From Macrostomum lignano (Eukaryota): a DNA stretch of 64,000 nucleotides. The number at the start of each line of letters is the position of its first letter. The first letter of the stretch is position 1. Below, one piece after another: positions 26,440 to 39,300 of the stretch. The position numbers and the translations under genes are program-made. The notes beneath the pieces are model-generated. The model saw nothing but the letters and a program-made list of their open reading frames with translations, had not been told where the DNA came from and ran no database searches. The stretch covers positions 79,298 through 143,297 of the forward strand of contig NIVC01002752.1 in the NCBI GenBank assembly GCA_002269645.1. The letters are read 5' to 3'.

Positions 26440-26900
26440 TCAGATTGAATACTATCTAAGGGGTGAGACTCTCAGATTGAAGTCCAAGGGTGAGACTCTC
26501 AGATTGAAGTCTAAGGGTGAGACTCTCAGATTGAAGTCTAAGGGTGAGACTCTCAGATTGAAGTCTATTAAAGAGTGAAACTCTTAGATTGAAGTCTAAG
26601 GGTGAGACTCTCAGATTGAAGTCTGTCTAAGGGGTGAGACTCTTAGGTTAAAGTTTATCTAAGAATGAGACTCTCAAATTCAAGCCTGTTTCAGGGGTGA
26701 GGCTCTCAGATTGAAGTCTAAGGGTGAAACTCTCAGATTGGAGTCTATTTAAGGGTGAGGCTCTCAAAGTAAACCCCATCTAAGGGTGAGACTCTCAGGT
26801 TGGAGTCTATTTAAGGGTGAGACTCTCAGGTTGGAGTCTATTTAAGGGTGAGGCTCTCAAAGTAAACCCCATCTAAGGGTGAGACTCTCAGATTGAAGCC
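26440..26900. repeat. About 27-bp degenerate minisatellite (GGGTGAGACTCTCAGATTGAAGTCTAA)
   Basis: Tandem degenerate units upstream of insc. Confidence 0.85.
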
Positions 26901-27154
26901 TCTATAAGGGGGGAGATTCGGTGATAAAGTATCCTCTGAGGTGAAGACTATTACGAGTAGTAGGTAAGCAAATCTGGCCATCAGTCTGCAGCTGCAACTC
27001 CTGAGCTCAGTGAAGCAATTAACTGAGTGAGAAAACAGTTGACAAGCAACTCGTATCGGTGTCAATCAGTGTGTTAAAGTTTTTCCAAATTAGCCAGGTG
27101 GCAAAGCCCCAGCCCCCACCCCCTGCTGCGAATTGACAGGCCTGAGGCCGCAGC

Positions 27155-27215
27155 CGGCCATTGGCCAGACTGACTGGCCAATAGAAGCCTGCCTGTCTTA
27201 TCTAATAAATAGGCG
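27155..27215 (+). promoter_or_regulatory. Possible insc core promoter (CCAAT boxes and a TATA-like element)
   Basis: ATTGG near 27160, CCAAT near 27178 and TAATAAATAG near 27203, about 110-150 bp upstream of the ATG. Motif-only inference. Confidence 0.3.
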
Positions 27216-27312
27216 CAGAGCTGGCAGTGTCTCTCGCACTTCAATACAGAAACCGATTGCCTGTTTTCTGTTTCACAGTCTTTTTTACTGATCTTTCTTT
27301 AAGCAGCAACCA

Positions 27313-30300
27313 ATGCAGGAGATGCCGCCGCAGGAGCTGGAAATTCGGCCCTGGAAGATGCACAAGCAGCAGCAGCAGCAATTGCGGAGGAAGCGGCGTC
27401 TCTCCTGTGTTTCCCGATGGTTGACGGAGCTGCGCTGGTACGCTGAGTCCGATTGCTCTAACGTACTTCACGGCAAGGCGCTGCCTTCGGCGACAGCGGC
27501 GGCCGCGGCGGCGGCTGCTGATGCGGACAGGCGGCGGCGAAGGCAGCGGCTGCCGGCCGCGGCCAGAGGTGAGGAGGGTCTGGTCCACCTCATATCTACT
27601 CAACTCTCCACCTCATATCTACTCAACTGTCCACCTCATATCTACTCAACTGTCCACCTCATATCTACTCAACTGTCCACCTCATATCTACTCAACTCTC
27701 CACCTCATATCTACTCAACTCTCCACCTCATATCTACTCAACTCTCCACCTCATATCTACTCAACTCTCCACCTCATATCTACTCAACTCTCCACCTCAT
27801 ATCTACTCAACTGTCCACCTCATATCTACTCAACTATCCACCTTATATCTACTGAAATTCCATCTCATATCTACCATACCATCGATTTCAGCCTCAATCG
27901 AGCTGCTGGACGTCAAGGCTCGAATTGCGCTAACGGAATTCAAGGAGCTTTATGAGTGAGTCGACTTGGCGTTTTTTCGGATGAAAAACCTGATGTACAT
28001 GTACCTGATGAACAACCCTAACTATCATTACCCACTAAAACCTCCAAACCTCGAGCAGCAAGGCGGATCACCTGCCCGCGGCAAATTTAGCGGAAGCTGT
28101 ACAGACAGTTTGCGGCTCCGCTGACAGCTTCATCAACGAGACCCTGGCTTTGTTGTTGCCATGCGGTGGAGCCGACATAGACTGTGTGAGTGCCTAATGC
28201 GCTTGCTCACCCACCCGCCTGTAGTCACACACTCAGTTCACACAAGTGTTCAGCATTCACACTCTGCCTTTCTTTGTATTTTAATTAAACTGTTCATCCT
28301 TCCTCTCCCTGCCTCCCCATTCACTCTTTTCTCTCACTCTCTGTCTCCCATTCACTCTCTGTCTCCCATTCACTCTCTGTCTCCCATTCACTCTCTGTCT
28401 CCCATTCACTCTCTGTCTCCCATTCACTCTCTGTCTCCCATTCACTCTCTGTCTCCCATTCACTCTCTGTCTCCCATTCACTCTCTGTCTCCCATTCACT
28501 CTCTGTCTCCCATTCACTCTCTGTCTCCCATTCACTCTCTGTCTCCCATTCACTCTCTGTCTCCCATTCACTCTCTGTCTCCCATTCACTCTCTGTCTCC
28601 CATTCACTCTCTGTCTCCCATTCACTCTCTGTCTCCCATTCACTCTCTGTCTCCCATTCACTCTCTGTCTCCCATTCACTCTCTGTCTCCCATTCACTCT
28701 CTGTCTCCCATTCACTCTCTGTCTCCCATTCACTCTCTGTCTCCCATTCACTCTCTGTCTCCCATTCACTCTCTGTCTCCCATTCACTCTCTGCCTCCCA
28801 TTCACATTACCATAGCCAGGTTTGCATGTCCACCTTCATCATCAGGCCTGTCTCTCTTTGGAGCAGACTATTTTAATTAGTCCAGCTACATCCCATCCCT
28901 TCATCGCCAGGTTTTATTCCCGAATCCCCCCAGTCTGCCCCCCCCCCCGATTGTAGCGAAGTGAAAATTACTGTTGGCAAGAAAGAGAAAGAATCTTCCG
29001 TTGAGAGGCAGCTGGGGGTTTAAACAAAAATCTCTTGATGAAGACGAACTGGCCTCGAATATGGATTCGTCAGACTTCTATCTAATTCTATGCAAAATAA
29101 ATTCGGTCTGTCTGAGCAGGCACGAGACAGCGCTGCAATATGCTCACTCTTGCCCAATAATTCCTCTTCACTTTTCTGTCTTCTCCCAAAAATAATCTTG
29201 GCAACGATGGTCCAGTCACGACGTCAGTGCCCCTGTCGCTGAGATGAGGACTGAGAACTGAGATGCGGAATTCGGGAACTCATCAGGCGTGTTGCCTGCA
29301 TCCCTCCTCTCTCTCAAACACACACATCCACACTCTCCCAAGCATCTCATCAACTCCATTGGGCTTAATCAAAATATTTTATCTGTCTTTTTCTCTGCCC
29401 CTCATCCCCTCTCCCCTCATCCCCTCTCCCCTCTCCCCTCATCCCTCTCCCCTCTCCCCTCATCCCCTCTCCCCCTCTCCCCTCATCCCCTCTCCCCTCC
29501 CCTCTCCCCTCTCCCCCTCTCCCCTCATCCCTCATCCCTCATCCCCTCACCCTTCATCCCTCTCTCCCCCTCTCTGCCCTCCCTCTCCCCTCACTCCCTC
29601 TCTCGCCTCTCCCCCTCTCCCCTCATCCCCTCTCCCCTTCCCCCTCTCCCCCTCCCCTCTCCCCTCATCCCTCATCCCTCATCCCCTCACCCTTCATCCC
29701 TCTCTCCCCCTCTCTGCCCTCCCTCTCCCCCTCACTCCCTCTCTCGCCTCTCCTCCTCTCCCGCTTTTAATGTTTCCCCTCTTTATCTCTCCTCCTTCTC
29801 CCTCTCCCCCTCCTCCCTCTGCCCCTCTCCCTCTCCATCTCTCATTCGCCCCTCCCCTCATCTTCTCCTCCCACTTTCCTTCTCATCATCCCTCTCTTCC
29901 CATCTCTAACTTTCGTTCACGTCGTCGCCCCCTCTCTCACAAGGCCGCCCATCTCTTCTTTTTATTTTCCCTAGCAAATCAGCCCCCCCCCCCTGAAATC
30001 CGAACATTCCCAATGCCACTAAGCTATTAGTGTTGCTCACTCCAGCCCAGCACATGGTCCCCGTAGAAACTGGGCATCTGCAATCGAAAGTTCAGTTTGG
30101 CCAGCTGTAGGCTTACCCACTAGTGCTCGGGCAACTTCGGGCCACTCAGCTTCACCGAATGGTAAAGTCCCTCACCCTCTCCCATCATTTCCGAGCTCCC
30201 CACGCGCCAATCCCACTGTTGGGTTCATCCGACGCCCCTGTCTGCACGGCCCTCGCTTGATTCGCATGGACTGCTCCAGCGCTGGGGTCCATTTCCTATT

Positions 30301-33300
30301 GACTGGAAATAGAGCAGCCCGCCTGCCTGCCACCCACCGGGTCTGAGCACTTGTGCAGAACCTCCTCGAGCTAGCAAAGCTTTACTTAACTTGGTTGCTT
30401 TCGCTCTCTCATTCCACTCTCCGCTCTTCTCCTATCGCCTTCCTTCTCTCCTCTTTCTTCAGTCTCTTCACTGGTTTGTGCAATCTACTAATGGGAGTGT
30501 CTCTGAGAGACCATGTTAGACGCTCATTGTGAACATGTTAGACACATAGCGAGACAATGTTAGATACTCACTGAGATAATGTTAGACACTCACTGAGATA
30601 ATGTTAGACACTCACTGAGATAAGGTTAGACACTTGTTAGACAATTTTAGACACTCACTGAGATAAGGTTAGACACTCACTGAGATAAGGTTAGACACTT
30701 GTTAGATAATGTTAGACACTCACCGAGATAATGTTAGACACTCACCGAGATAATGTTAGACACTCACCGAGATAATGTTAGACACTCACTGAGATAATGT
30801 CAGACACTCACAGAGATAATGTCAGACACTCACAGAGATAATGTCAGACACTCACTGAGAAAATGTTAGACACTCACAGAGATAATGTTAGACACTCACA
30901 GACATAATGTTAGACACTCACTGAGAAAATGTTAGACACTCACAGACATAATGTTAGACAGTCACTGAGAAAATGTTAGACACTCACAGACATAATGTTA
31001 GACAGTCACTGAGATAATGTTAGACACTCACAGAGATAATGTTAGACACTCACAGAGATAATGTTAGACACTCACTGAGATAATGTCAGACACTCACTGA
31101 GATAATGTCAGACACTCACTGAGATAATGTCAGACACTCACTGAGATAATGTCAGACACTCACTGAGATAATGTCAGACACTCACTGAGATAATGTTAGA
31201 CACTCACTGAGATAATGTTAGACACAAATTTGGAGTCGTTCACAGACAATTTCTTCACAACTCCGCGCTCCCTTTCAGATGAAGACTTTGGTGCATCAGC
31301 ACTGCTGCAAGCTGCAACGTCAGGTCTCAAAAAGGTGAGCTCATTGACGATGTCCCTGCTTTTGCCAGGACTTAAGAACGGTCAACTTCCCTACTTAATT
31401 TCCCCTTTGATTTCGGAGAAATTAAGCACCACAGCCTTCCAGCATCCCCATTACTGATCTCCTACCGGATCTCCTTCATCTTCTAAATAGGCTTCTCTGC
31501 TCCTAAGCCGAAGCCTCTCTTTTTTGGCCGGCAGTTTCTCACCGACACCCTCGCCAAGGAGAAAAATTTATCGAGAGCTTTCGGCTTGGGGGGGGGGGGG
31601 GCTCTCGAGAGAGAAGCAAGACAGAGCGGACCGGAGAAGTTGGGCCAGTGTTTCCTTCCGTCTCCCTTTCACGCCTCCCCCCATTTTCTTCCCAGCGAGG
31701 TCCGGCGTAAATCACACAGAAATCCCCCTTGAAAAGCATTATCCCCTTTCTATCCCAAGGCCTAGACCCTCCCTGTCTTTAGTTACTGATTAATGATGGT
31801 TGGTTGGCTGAGACTATTTTGCTGCAGTTCCGTACTCACTCCGATACTTTATAGGGTTGGAATGCATTGTTGTTCTTTTTTTCGTTTCATTGAAAGACTC
31901 GTAACCTTAAAAATATGATTATATCGTTGTATAGACAGGCTTGTAAGTTTTTATCAGTTCTCAGTTAGACACAGGGGTGTCAACTCTTAGGCACAAGGAC
32001 AAGGCTCTATCATGTTAGACACAGGTTGTCCCAAATTTTAGACACTGGCCTCTTACCTGTTGTTAGACATTTGTTCTCACCTGTTAGACCCAGGGCCTTC
32101 CCTGTTTTTAGACATATTATTCTCACCTGTTGGACACAGACGTCTCACCTGTTAGATACAGATACATCACCTGTTAGACAGAGACATATCACCTGTTAGA
32201 CACAGACATATCACCTGTTAGACACAGACATATCACCTGTTAGATACGGAAATATCACCTGTTAGACACAGACATATCACCTGTTAGACACAGACATATC
32301 ACCTGTTAGACACAGACATATCACCTGTTAGATACGGAAATATCACCTGTTAGACACAGACATATCACCTGTTAGACACAGACATATCACCTTTTAGACA
32401 CAGACATATCACCTGTTAGACACAGACATATCACCTGTTAGATACGGAAATATCACCTGTTAGACACAGACATATCACCTGTTAGACACAAACATATCAC
32501 CTGTTAGACACAGACATATCACCTTTTAGACACAGACATATCACCTGTTAGACACAGACATATCACCTGTTAGATACAGACATATCACCTGTTAGATACG
32601 GAAATATCACCTGTTAGACACAGACATATCACCTGTTAGACACAGACATATCACCTGTTAGACACAGACATATCACCTGTTAGACACAGACATATCACCT
32701 TTTAGACACAGACATATCACCTGTTAGACACAGACATATCACCTGTTAGATACGGAAATATCACCTGTTAGACACAGACATATCACCTGTTAGATACAGA
32801 CATATCACCTGTTAGATACAGAAATATCACCTGTTAGACACAGACATATCACCTGTTAGACACAGACATATCACCTGTTAGATACGGAAATATCACCTGT
32901 TAGATACGGAAATATCACCTGTTAGACACAGACATATCACCTGTTAGATACAGACATATCACCTGTTAGATACGGAAATATCACCTGTTAGACACAGGAA
33001 TACGAGCTATCACCTGTTAGACACAGACATATCACCTGTTAGACACAGACATATCACCTGTTAGACACAGACATATCACCTGTTAGACACAGACATATCA
33101 CCTTTTAGACACAGACATATCACCTGTTAGACACAGACATATCACCTGTTAGATACGGAAATATCACCTGTTAGACACAGACATATCACCTGTTAGATAC
33201 AGACATATCACCTGTTAGATACGGAAATATCACCTGTTAGACACAGACATATCACCTGTTAGATACGGAAATATCACCTGTTAGACACAGACATATCACC

Positions 33301-36300
33301 TGTTAGATACAGACATATCACCTGTTAGATACGGAAATATCACCTGTTAGATACGGAAATATCACCTGTTAGACACAGACATATCACCTGTTAGATACAG
33401 ACATATCACCTGTTAGATACGGAAATATCACCTGTTAGACACAGACATATCACCTGTTAGACACAGACATATCACCTGTTAGACACAGACATATCACCTG
33501 TTAGATACGGAAATATCACCTGTTAGACACAGACATATCACCTGTTAGATACAGACATATCACCTGTTAGATACGGAAATATCACCTGTTAGACACAGGA
33601 ATATCACCTGTTAGACACAGACATATCACCTGTTAGACACAGACATATCACCTGTTAGATACGGAAATATCACCTGTTAGACACAGACATATCACCTGTT
33701 AGACACAGACATATCACCTGTTAGACACAGACATATCACCTGTTAGACACAGACATATCACCTGTTAGATACGGAAATATCACCTGTTAGACACAGACAT
33801 ATCACCTGTTAGATACGGAAATATCACCTGTTAGACACAGGAATATCACCTGTTAGACACAGACATATCACCTTTTAGACACAGACATATCACCTGTTAG
33901 ACACAGACATATCACCTGTTAGACACAGACATATCACCTGTTAGATACAGACATATCACCTGTTAGATACGGAAATATCACCTGTTAGACACAGGAATAC
34001 GAGCTATCACCTGTTAGACACAGACATATCACCTGTTAGACACAGACATATCACCTTTTAGACACAGACATATCACCTGTTAGACACAGACATATCACCT
34101 GTTAGACACAGACATATCACCTGTTAGATACAGACATATCACCTGTTAGATACGGAAATATCACCTGTTAGACACAGGAATACGAGCTATCACCTGTTAG
34201 ACACAGACATATCACCTTTTAGACACAGACATATCACCTGTTAGACACAGACATATCACCTGTTAGATACGGAAATATCACCTGTTAGACACAGACATAT
34301 CACCTGTTAGACACAGACATATCACCTGTTAGACACAGACATATCACCTTTTAGACACAGACATATCACCTGTTAGACACAGACATATCACCTGTTAGAT
34401 ACAGACATATCACCTGTTAGACACAGACATATCACCTGTTAGACACAGACATATCACCTGTTAGACACAGACATATCACCTTTTAGACACAGACATATCA
34501 CCTGTTAGACACAGACATATCACCTGTTAGACACAGACATATCACCTGTTAGATACGGAAATATCACCTGTTAGACACAGACATATCACCTGTTAGATAC
34601 AGACATATCACCTGTTAGATACGGAAATATCACCTGTTAGACACAGACATATCACCTGTTAGACACAGACATATCACCTGTTAGATACGGAAATATCACC
34701 TGTTAGACACAGGCGTATCAACTGTTAGACACAGACGTCTCATCTGTTAGACACATACATATCACCTGTTAGACACAGACATATCACCTGTTAGATACGG
34801 ACATATCACCTGTTAGACACAGACATATCACCTGTTAGATACAGATACATCACCTGTTAGACACATATATCACCTGTTAGATACAGACATATCACCTGTT
34901 AGACACAGACGTCTCATCTGTTAGACACGGACCTCTTACCTGTTGTTAGACATTTGTTCTCACCTGTTAGAGGCATAACTCTCACCTGTTTACTGCTTTC
35001 TAAACCCTGGCGCCAAACTCAGCCGCGGCGCCGCCTGTCTTTCTGGCGCCAAAAACGGCCACCAGTGTCGCGCCGTTCGCACCCGGCTCTCGCAAGCAGC
35101 CGAGGCCCTGGCCGGATTAGCGCGTCAGGCCATCCTGCAGCTGCTGGCCGGACTGTCAGATGGCCTGGCCGAAGGCCAACTGGCGGCGGACGAAAACTGC
35201 GGACAGCGAAAATTCGGGGAGTTGACAGATCTGCACGCTCTGGCGCGGAAAGGGGAGCGATTCTGCGACCTAATTGCACAGGTGCGACATTGAGACCTTG
35301 GCTATCTAACATGATCTGTCATGCACCTGTTTTGTGTCTCTAATCTAATCATGCACCTGTTCTGTGTCTCCAATCTAATCATGCACCTGTTCTGTGTCTC
35401 TAATCTAATCATGCACCTGTTCTGTGTCTCTAATCTAATCATGCACCTGTTCTGTGTCTCTAATCTAATCATGTACCTGTTCTGTGTCTCTAATCTAATC
35501 ATGCACCTGTTCTCTGTCTCTAATCTAATCATGCACCTGTTCTGTGTATCTAAATCTAATCATGCACCTGTTCTGTGTCTCTAATCTAATCATGTACCTG
35601 TTCTGTGTCTCTAATCTAATCATGCACCTGTTATGTGTCTCTAATCTAATCATGCACCTGTTCTGTGTCTGTAATCTAATCATGCACATGTTCTCTGTCT
35701 CTAATCTAATCATGTACCTGTTCTGTGTCTCTAATCTAATCATGCACATGTTCTCTGTCTCTAATCTAATCATGTACCTGTTCTGTGTCTCTAATCTAAT
35801 CATGTACCTGTTCTGTGTCTCTAATCTAATCATGCACCTGTTCTGTGTCTCTAATCTAATCATGCACCTGTTCTGTCTCTAATCTAATCATGCACCTGTT
35901 CGAATTTTCAGTCCGGCACGCTGGAGGCCTTGCTGAACTTCTGCGGTAGCCTCTCCAATTCAGCGGGTTGGCCGCTGGCCCTCCGCACCGTGTGCATCGT
36001 GTGCTGCACAGAGGAGGCGGTGCGCAGTTTTCATCAGGTATCGAGACTATTCGATCTTTTATGAAAGTTCATTCACGCTTTTTTGTAATTTTAAACCAGA
36101 AATCGATACTCACTTCTTTAAGTAGCTGTCTTAACCCTCGGTAATTACCTATAAAATGGAGCGCAAAATCTCTAAGAATCGTCTTCCAGTCTCAATGAGA
36201 ATCGCCCTCCAGTCTCAATGAGAGTCGCCCTCCAGTCTCAATGAGAATCGCCCTCCAGTCTCAATGAGAGCCGCCCTCCAGTCTCAATGAGAGTTGCCCT

Positions 36301-39300
36301 CCAGTCTCAATGAGAATCGCCCTCCAGTCTCAATGAGAGCCGCCCTCCAGTCTCAATGAGAGCCGCCCTCCAGTCTCAATGAGAATCGCCCTCCAGTCTC
36401 AGTGAGAATCGCCCTCCAGTCTCAATGAGAATCGCCCTCCAGTCTCAATGAGAGTCGCCCTCCAGTCTCAATAAGAGTCGCCCTCCAGTCTCAGTGAGAG
36501 TCGCCCTCCAGTCTCAATGAGAATCGCCCTCCAGTCTCAATGAGAGCCGCCCTCCAGTCTCAATGAGAGCCGCCCTCCAGTCTCAATGAGAATCGCCCTC
36601 CAGTCTCAATGAGAGCCGCCCTCCAGTCTCAATGAGAGCCGCCCTCCAGTCTCAATGAGAATCGCCCTCCAGTCTCAATAAGAGTCGCCCTCCAGTCTCA
36701 ATGAGAGTTGCCCTCCAGTCTCAATGAGAGCCGCCCTCCAGTCTCAATGAGAGCCGCCCTCCAGTCTCAATGAGAATCGCCCTCCAGTCTCAATGAGAGC
36801 CGCCCTCCAGTCTCAATGAGAGCCGCCCTCCAGTCTCAATGAGAATCGCCCTCCAGTCTCAATGAGAGCCGCCCTCCAGTCTCAATGAGAGCCGCCCTCC
36901 AGTCTCAATGAGAATCGCCCTCCAGTCTCAGTGAGAATCGCCCTCCAGTCTCAATGAGAATCGCCCTCCAGTCTCAATGAGAGTCGCCCTCCAGTCTCAA
37001 TAAGAGTCGCCCTCCAGTCTCAGTGAGAGTCGCCCTCCAGTCTCAATGAGAATCGCCCTCCAGTCTCAATGAGAGCCGCCCTCCAGTCTCAATGAGAGCC
37101 GCCCTCCAGTCTCAATGAGAATCGCCCTCCAGTCTCAATGAGAGCCGCCCTCCAGTCTCAATGAGAGCCGCCCTCCAGTCTCAATGAGAATCGCCCTCCA
37201 GTCTCAATAAGAGTCGCCCTCCAGTCTCAATGAGAGTTGCCCTCCAGTCTCAATGAGAGCCGCCCTCCAGTCTCAATGAGAGCCGCCCTCCAGTCTCAAT
37301 GAGAATCGCCCTCCAGTCTCAATGAGAGCCGCCCTCCAGTCTCAATGAGAGCCGCCCTCCAGTCTCAATGAGAATCGCCCTCCAGTCTCAGTGAGAATCG
37401 CCCTCCAGTCTCAATGAGAGTTGCCCTCCGGTCTCAATGAGAGTTGCCCTCCAGTCTCAATAAGAGTCGCCCTCCAGTCTCAGTGAGAGTCGCCCTCCAG
37501 TCTCAATAAGAGTCGCCCTCCAGTCTCAATGAGAATCGCCCTCCAGTCTCAATGAGAATCGCCCTCCAGTCTCAATGAGAATCGCCCTCCAGTCTCAATG
37601 AGAGCCGCCCTCCAGTCTCAATGAGAGCCGCCCTCCAGTCTCAATGAGAATCGCGCTTCAGTCTCAGTGAGAGTCGCCCTCCAGTCTCAATAAGAGTCGC
37701 CCTCCAGTCTCAATGAGAGTTGCCCTCCAGTCTCAATGAGAGCCGCCCTCCAGTCTCAATGAGAGTTGCCCTCCAGTCTCAATGAGAGTTGCCCTCCAGT
37801 CTCAATAAGAGTCGCCCTCCAGTCTCAGTGAGAGTCGCCCTCCAGTCTCAATAAGAGTCGCCCTCCAGTCTCAATGAGAGCCGCCCTCCAGTCTCAATGA
37901 GAGCCGCCCTCCAGTCTCAATGAGAGTTGCCCTCCGGTCTCAATGAGAGTTGCCCTCCAGTCTCAATAAGAGTCGCCCTCCAGTCTCAGTGAGAGTCGCC
38001 CTCCAGTCTCAATGAGAGCCGCCCTCCAGTCTCAATGAGAATCGCCCTCCAGTCTCAATGAGAATCGCCCTCCAGTCTCAATGAGAGCCGCCCTCCAGTC
38101 TCAATGAGAGCCGCCCTCCAGTCTCAATGAGAATCGCCCTCCAGTCTCAATGAGAATCGCGCTTCAGTTTCGGGCGCACGCATTTGAACTCAGTTAGTGT
38201 TACAACGAGTTCAGCTTTGACTCAAAGTCATTATTCGCCTTTGACGCAAAATGAAGCCGGAATTAACATTAAATTAAAGGAATTAATCAGTTCATAGAGA
38301 AGGAATAATAATAATGACAGAAAGGGCCCAGAGGCAGAGAGACGAGAGGAGAAAAAACCGGCCAGCGTCCCCAAGAAAAGGAAGACCCAGTTTTAACTAG
38401 AAGTCCCATGGGAAAATCTACCCAAGGGAAGAACCGTACGGAAGGCGACCTACGGCTGTCCATTTTGGCCCAAATCTTCTCATGGCTGCTCAAAGGACTT
38501 TAAGAATATGAATTTTCTGTTTAAGATTGGATTGTGAAGGAATTGGTTTAAAACGTTGGGGAGAAACTGGTTGCAGAATTAGTTGCTGGGGCAATTTAGT
38601 TAGTTGCAAAAGTTCGACGAACATTTTTGTGCCGAAATATTCTTGCATGCTACGAGTAGTGCAGATCACTGCAACCCAAAGTTGTAGCCGCATCTAGAGA
38701 TCTAGTTAGATCTAGACGGGATGATAATATTTTGAAGAGATTAGATTAAGAGATCGAGATGGTCGAGAGATTCGGTTTGGGAATAGATTTTGTGAGATCT
38801 CGAGAGCTAGGGGAGAAATTAGATGTGAGAATATTTTTCAATATCTAGAGAGAAAATTGTGAGATTAGATGAAGCGATCTAGTTGCTACAGGAATCAAGC
38901 ATGGATGCTGATGCAGCCAGCTGAATAGGCTGCTGCGGGAACAAAAGTGCAGCTTCATTTAGATCCCCACTCGAGCTGCTCTCCCCTCCCCTTCCCAATT
39001 CCCGCGCCCCACCCTCTGACTCAATTTCCCCCTCGCCTGGTCCCGCTCCCAGTTCCAGACGGCCTCTCGTTTGCCCCCCCCCCCACCAGCGCGCCCTCAA
39101 TTGACATTTCAAATCTTTCAAGCCAAGGAGCTCTAGATACAAATATCTGGACTGTGAGCTGTTCAAATGCTTTGTTTAAAGAAACACGAATGCAACTTAT
39201 TTGTTTGTCATTTGTCAGCCTTTTCCCCTTAACATCTAAGCGATCGATAATTTACAACTGACCCAACTCCAGAATGCAGAACTGGGGGATCTCCAGCTTG

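Noticed and set aside
30040-30165. Extra insc exon candidate with AG and GTAAAG borders
   Set aside because: The insc model is complete and in phase without it, and the peptide has no INSC similarity.
32130-38168. CRISPR-like appearance of the 22-30 bp arrays
   Set aside because: Units are head-to-tail with no unique spacers, there are no cas genes, and the context is eukaryotic introns.
26440-38168. Partial inverted similarity between the 27-mer array and the 23-mer array, and between the 22-mer and 30-mer arrays around insc exon 5
   Set aside because: Matches are only about 9-14 bp with gaps, far weaker than the two clear inverted pairs.
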